From the NCBI GenBank assembly GCA_051362555.1, contig CM120648.1, forward strand, positions 13,264,587 to 13,328,586: a DNA stretch of 64,000 nt, in the 5' to 3' direction. Origin of the DNA: Lingula anatina (lineage: Eukaryota > Animalia > Brachiopoda). Made by a program: the position numbers and the translations under genes. Below, in pieces: positions 62,729 through 64,000 of this stretch. The notes beneath the pieces were generated by a model, which saw only the letters and a list, made by a program, of their open reading frames with translations, had not been told where the DNA came from and made no database searches. Each line of letters begins with the position of its first letter. The stretch's first letter is position 1.

Positions 62729-64000
62729 CAACACTGGGTATGTGATATTATGTAGATGTTTTATGCTTCTGTAATAAGTTATACAATATGTAAGTCGTAC
62801 ATCATATTCAGAACACTTTATCAAAGTTTTTTCTCTTCTGGTATAAGTGCCAAGTACCAATTTGTCTTGGTGCCAAGCAACATAACTTTTTGATTTTACA
62901 AAGGGCAGTGTAGTTTCAGTGTGCAAATATTTAAAAGATTGGGGGGGGGGCTAATAACTGCCTAATATGTTATACAGTGTTCTCTATGACCTGTTTTTAT
63001 ATCAACATTTGTAATGCACCTGTTCCTCTTCATGGAAAAAAAATTGAAATTAGGATTATGATTAAGATCATGCAAATGTAAACGTGCTTTAGCTGAATAC
63101 AGTGTGCCAGTTTGGAATTGTAATTTATTCTTAGATGGGGGAGACCTTGTAGTTTTTAACACTAGATTTCAGCATGCTCACATGCTTGGCACATGTGGTG
63201 AATATAAAACCCCAATAAAAACTGTTCTATAATGTTTTAAATTGGCATTTGGAATATATTTACAGGCAGTTTTCACTGGTTTATTATTCTTTTGAATGCT
63301 GACCAACAGCTGGGGCATTCCGTGTTTTTGTAAGTCATGTTTACAAGTGGCAGAATATTCATCACTCTCTGTTCATTTCTGGGTCACATCCTTTATAAGT
63401 TTGAAATGTAAAGGAAATTTTTCCATTGTATATTACAAAGTGCAAGGTTTGTAAATGGAGGTAGTGAAGAATAGTTTTTACTGTTCTATTTAGATACACA
63501 GTGGTTCGATCATGGTTCGCCTTAGGTCTTCACCGTGTGTAAATGTTCCTATCAGCAGGTGCCTGTCCATGTATATATTGGTGTAAGACCAGAAGTCAGA
63601 GTGGAAATGAAGTTGTTGTATTAACCCCAGCCAGTCAATTTGAAGGTCAAATGCCATTGCCATGTTAAGATAGCTAAGAAGGAGCTGGGGCATAATTGCT
63701 ACAGGAAAAATACTATTGTTTTAGAGTGGAAAATCTAGATGCCTCTGCATTGGAGCTGGTTTTGAAGGCAGGAAGGCTGAAACTCAAATGTGTGATGTTG
63801 CAGTCAAGTAAGCATGTTAAAAACAAATTTATATGAAGGTAAACATATTTCTCTTCTAAGTTCTTTTGCTTAACTTTTTTGCTAGCAGTGACAATAGGAC
63901 AGGCATCCACTTTGACAGGAGTTCAATTTCCAATTGTGCTCCACTGCATACTTCGGGGTACGGTTACCAGTACCCCCACACTCCTCTCTGTTAAAAAAAA

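Overview
AT-rich animal genomic DNA, probably a lophotrochozoan such as a mollusc (inferred from gene and repeat content only). The main hidden feature is a likely telomerase RNA (TR/TERC) gene at about 9265-9658 (+). It has an 11-nt CTAACCCTAAC template, a template-adjacent hairpin, a vertebrate-like pseudoknot, a CR4/5-like three-way junction and an H/ACA 3' end. It lies head-to-head with a spliced minus-strand transcript that runs off the left edge, and tail-to-tail with TRAIP (3 coding exons, 448 aa, minus). Next is an iodothyronine deiodinase selenoprotein (17044-17784, in-frame TGA read as Sec), whose SECIS element is at about 18972-19048. Then comes an Ikaros/Hunchback-type C2H2 zinc-finger gene (minus, 617 aa, polyQ/H). 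It shares a bidirectional promoter (about 43500-43900) with an unidentified plus-strand gene whose large coding exon carries a cluster of RFX X-box motifs. The rest is intronic or intergenic DNA with many MITEs (8-bp, 5-bp and TAA target-site duplications), tandem repeats and microsatellites. All structures and splice models were derived by eye.
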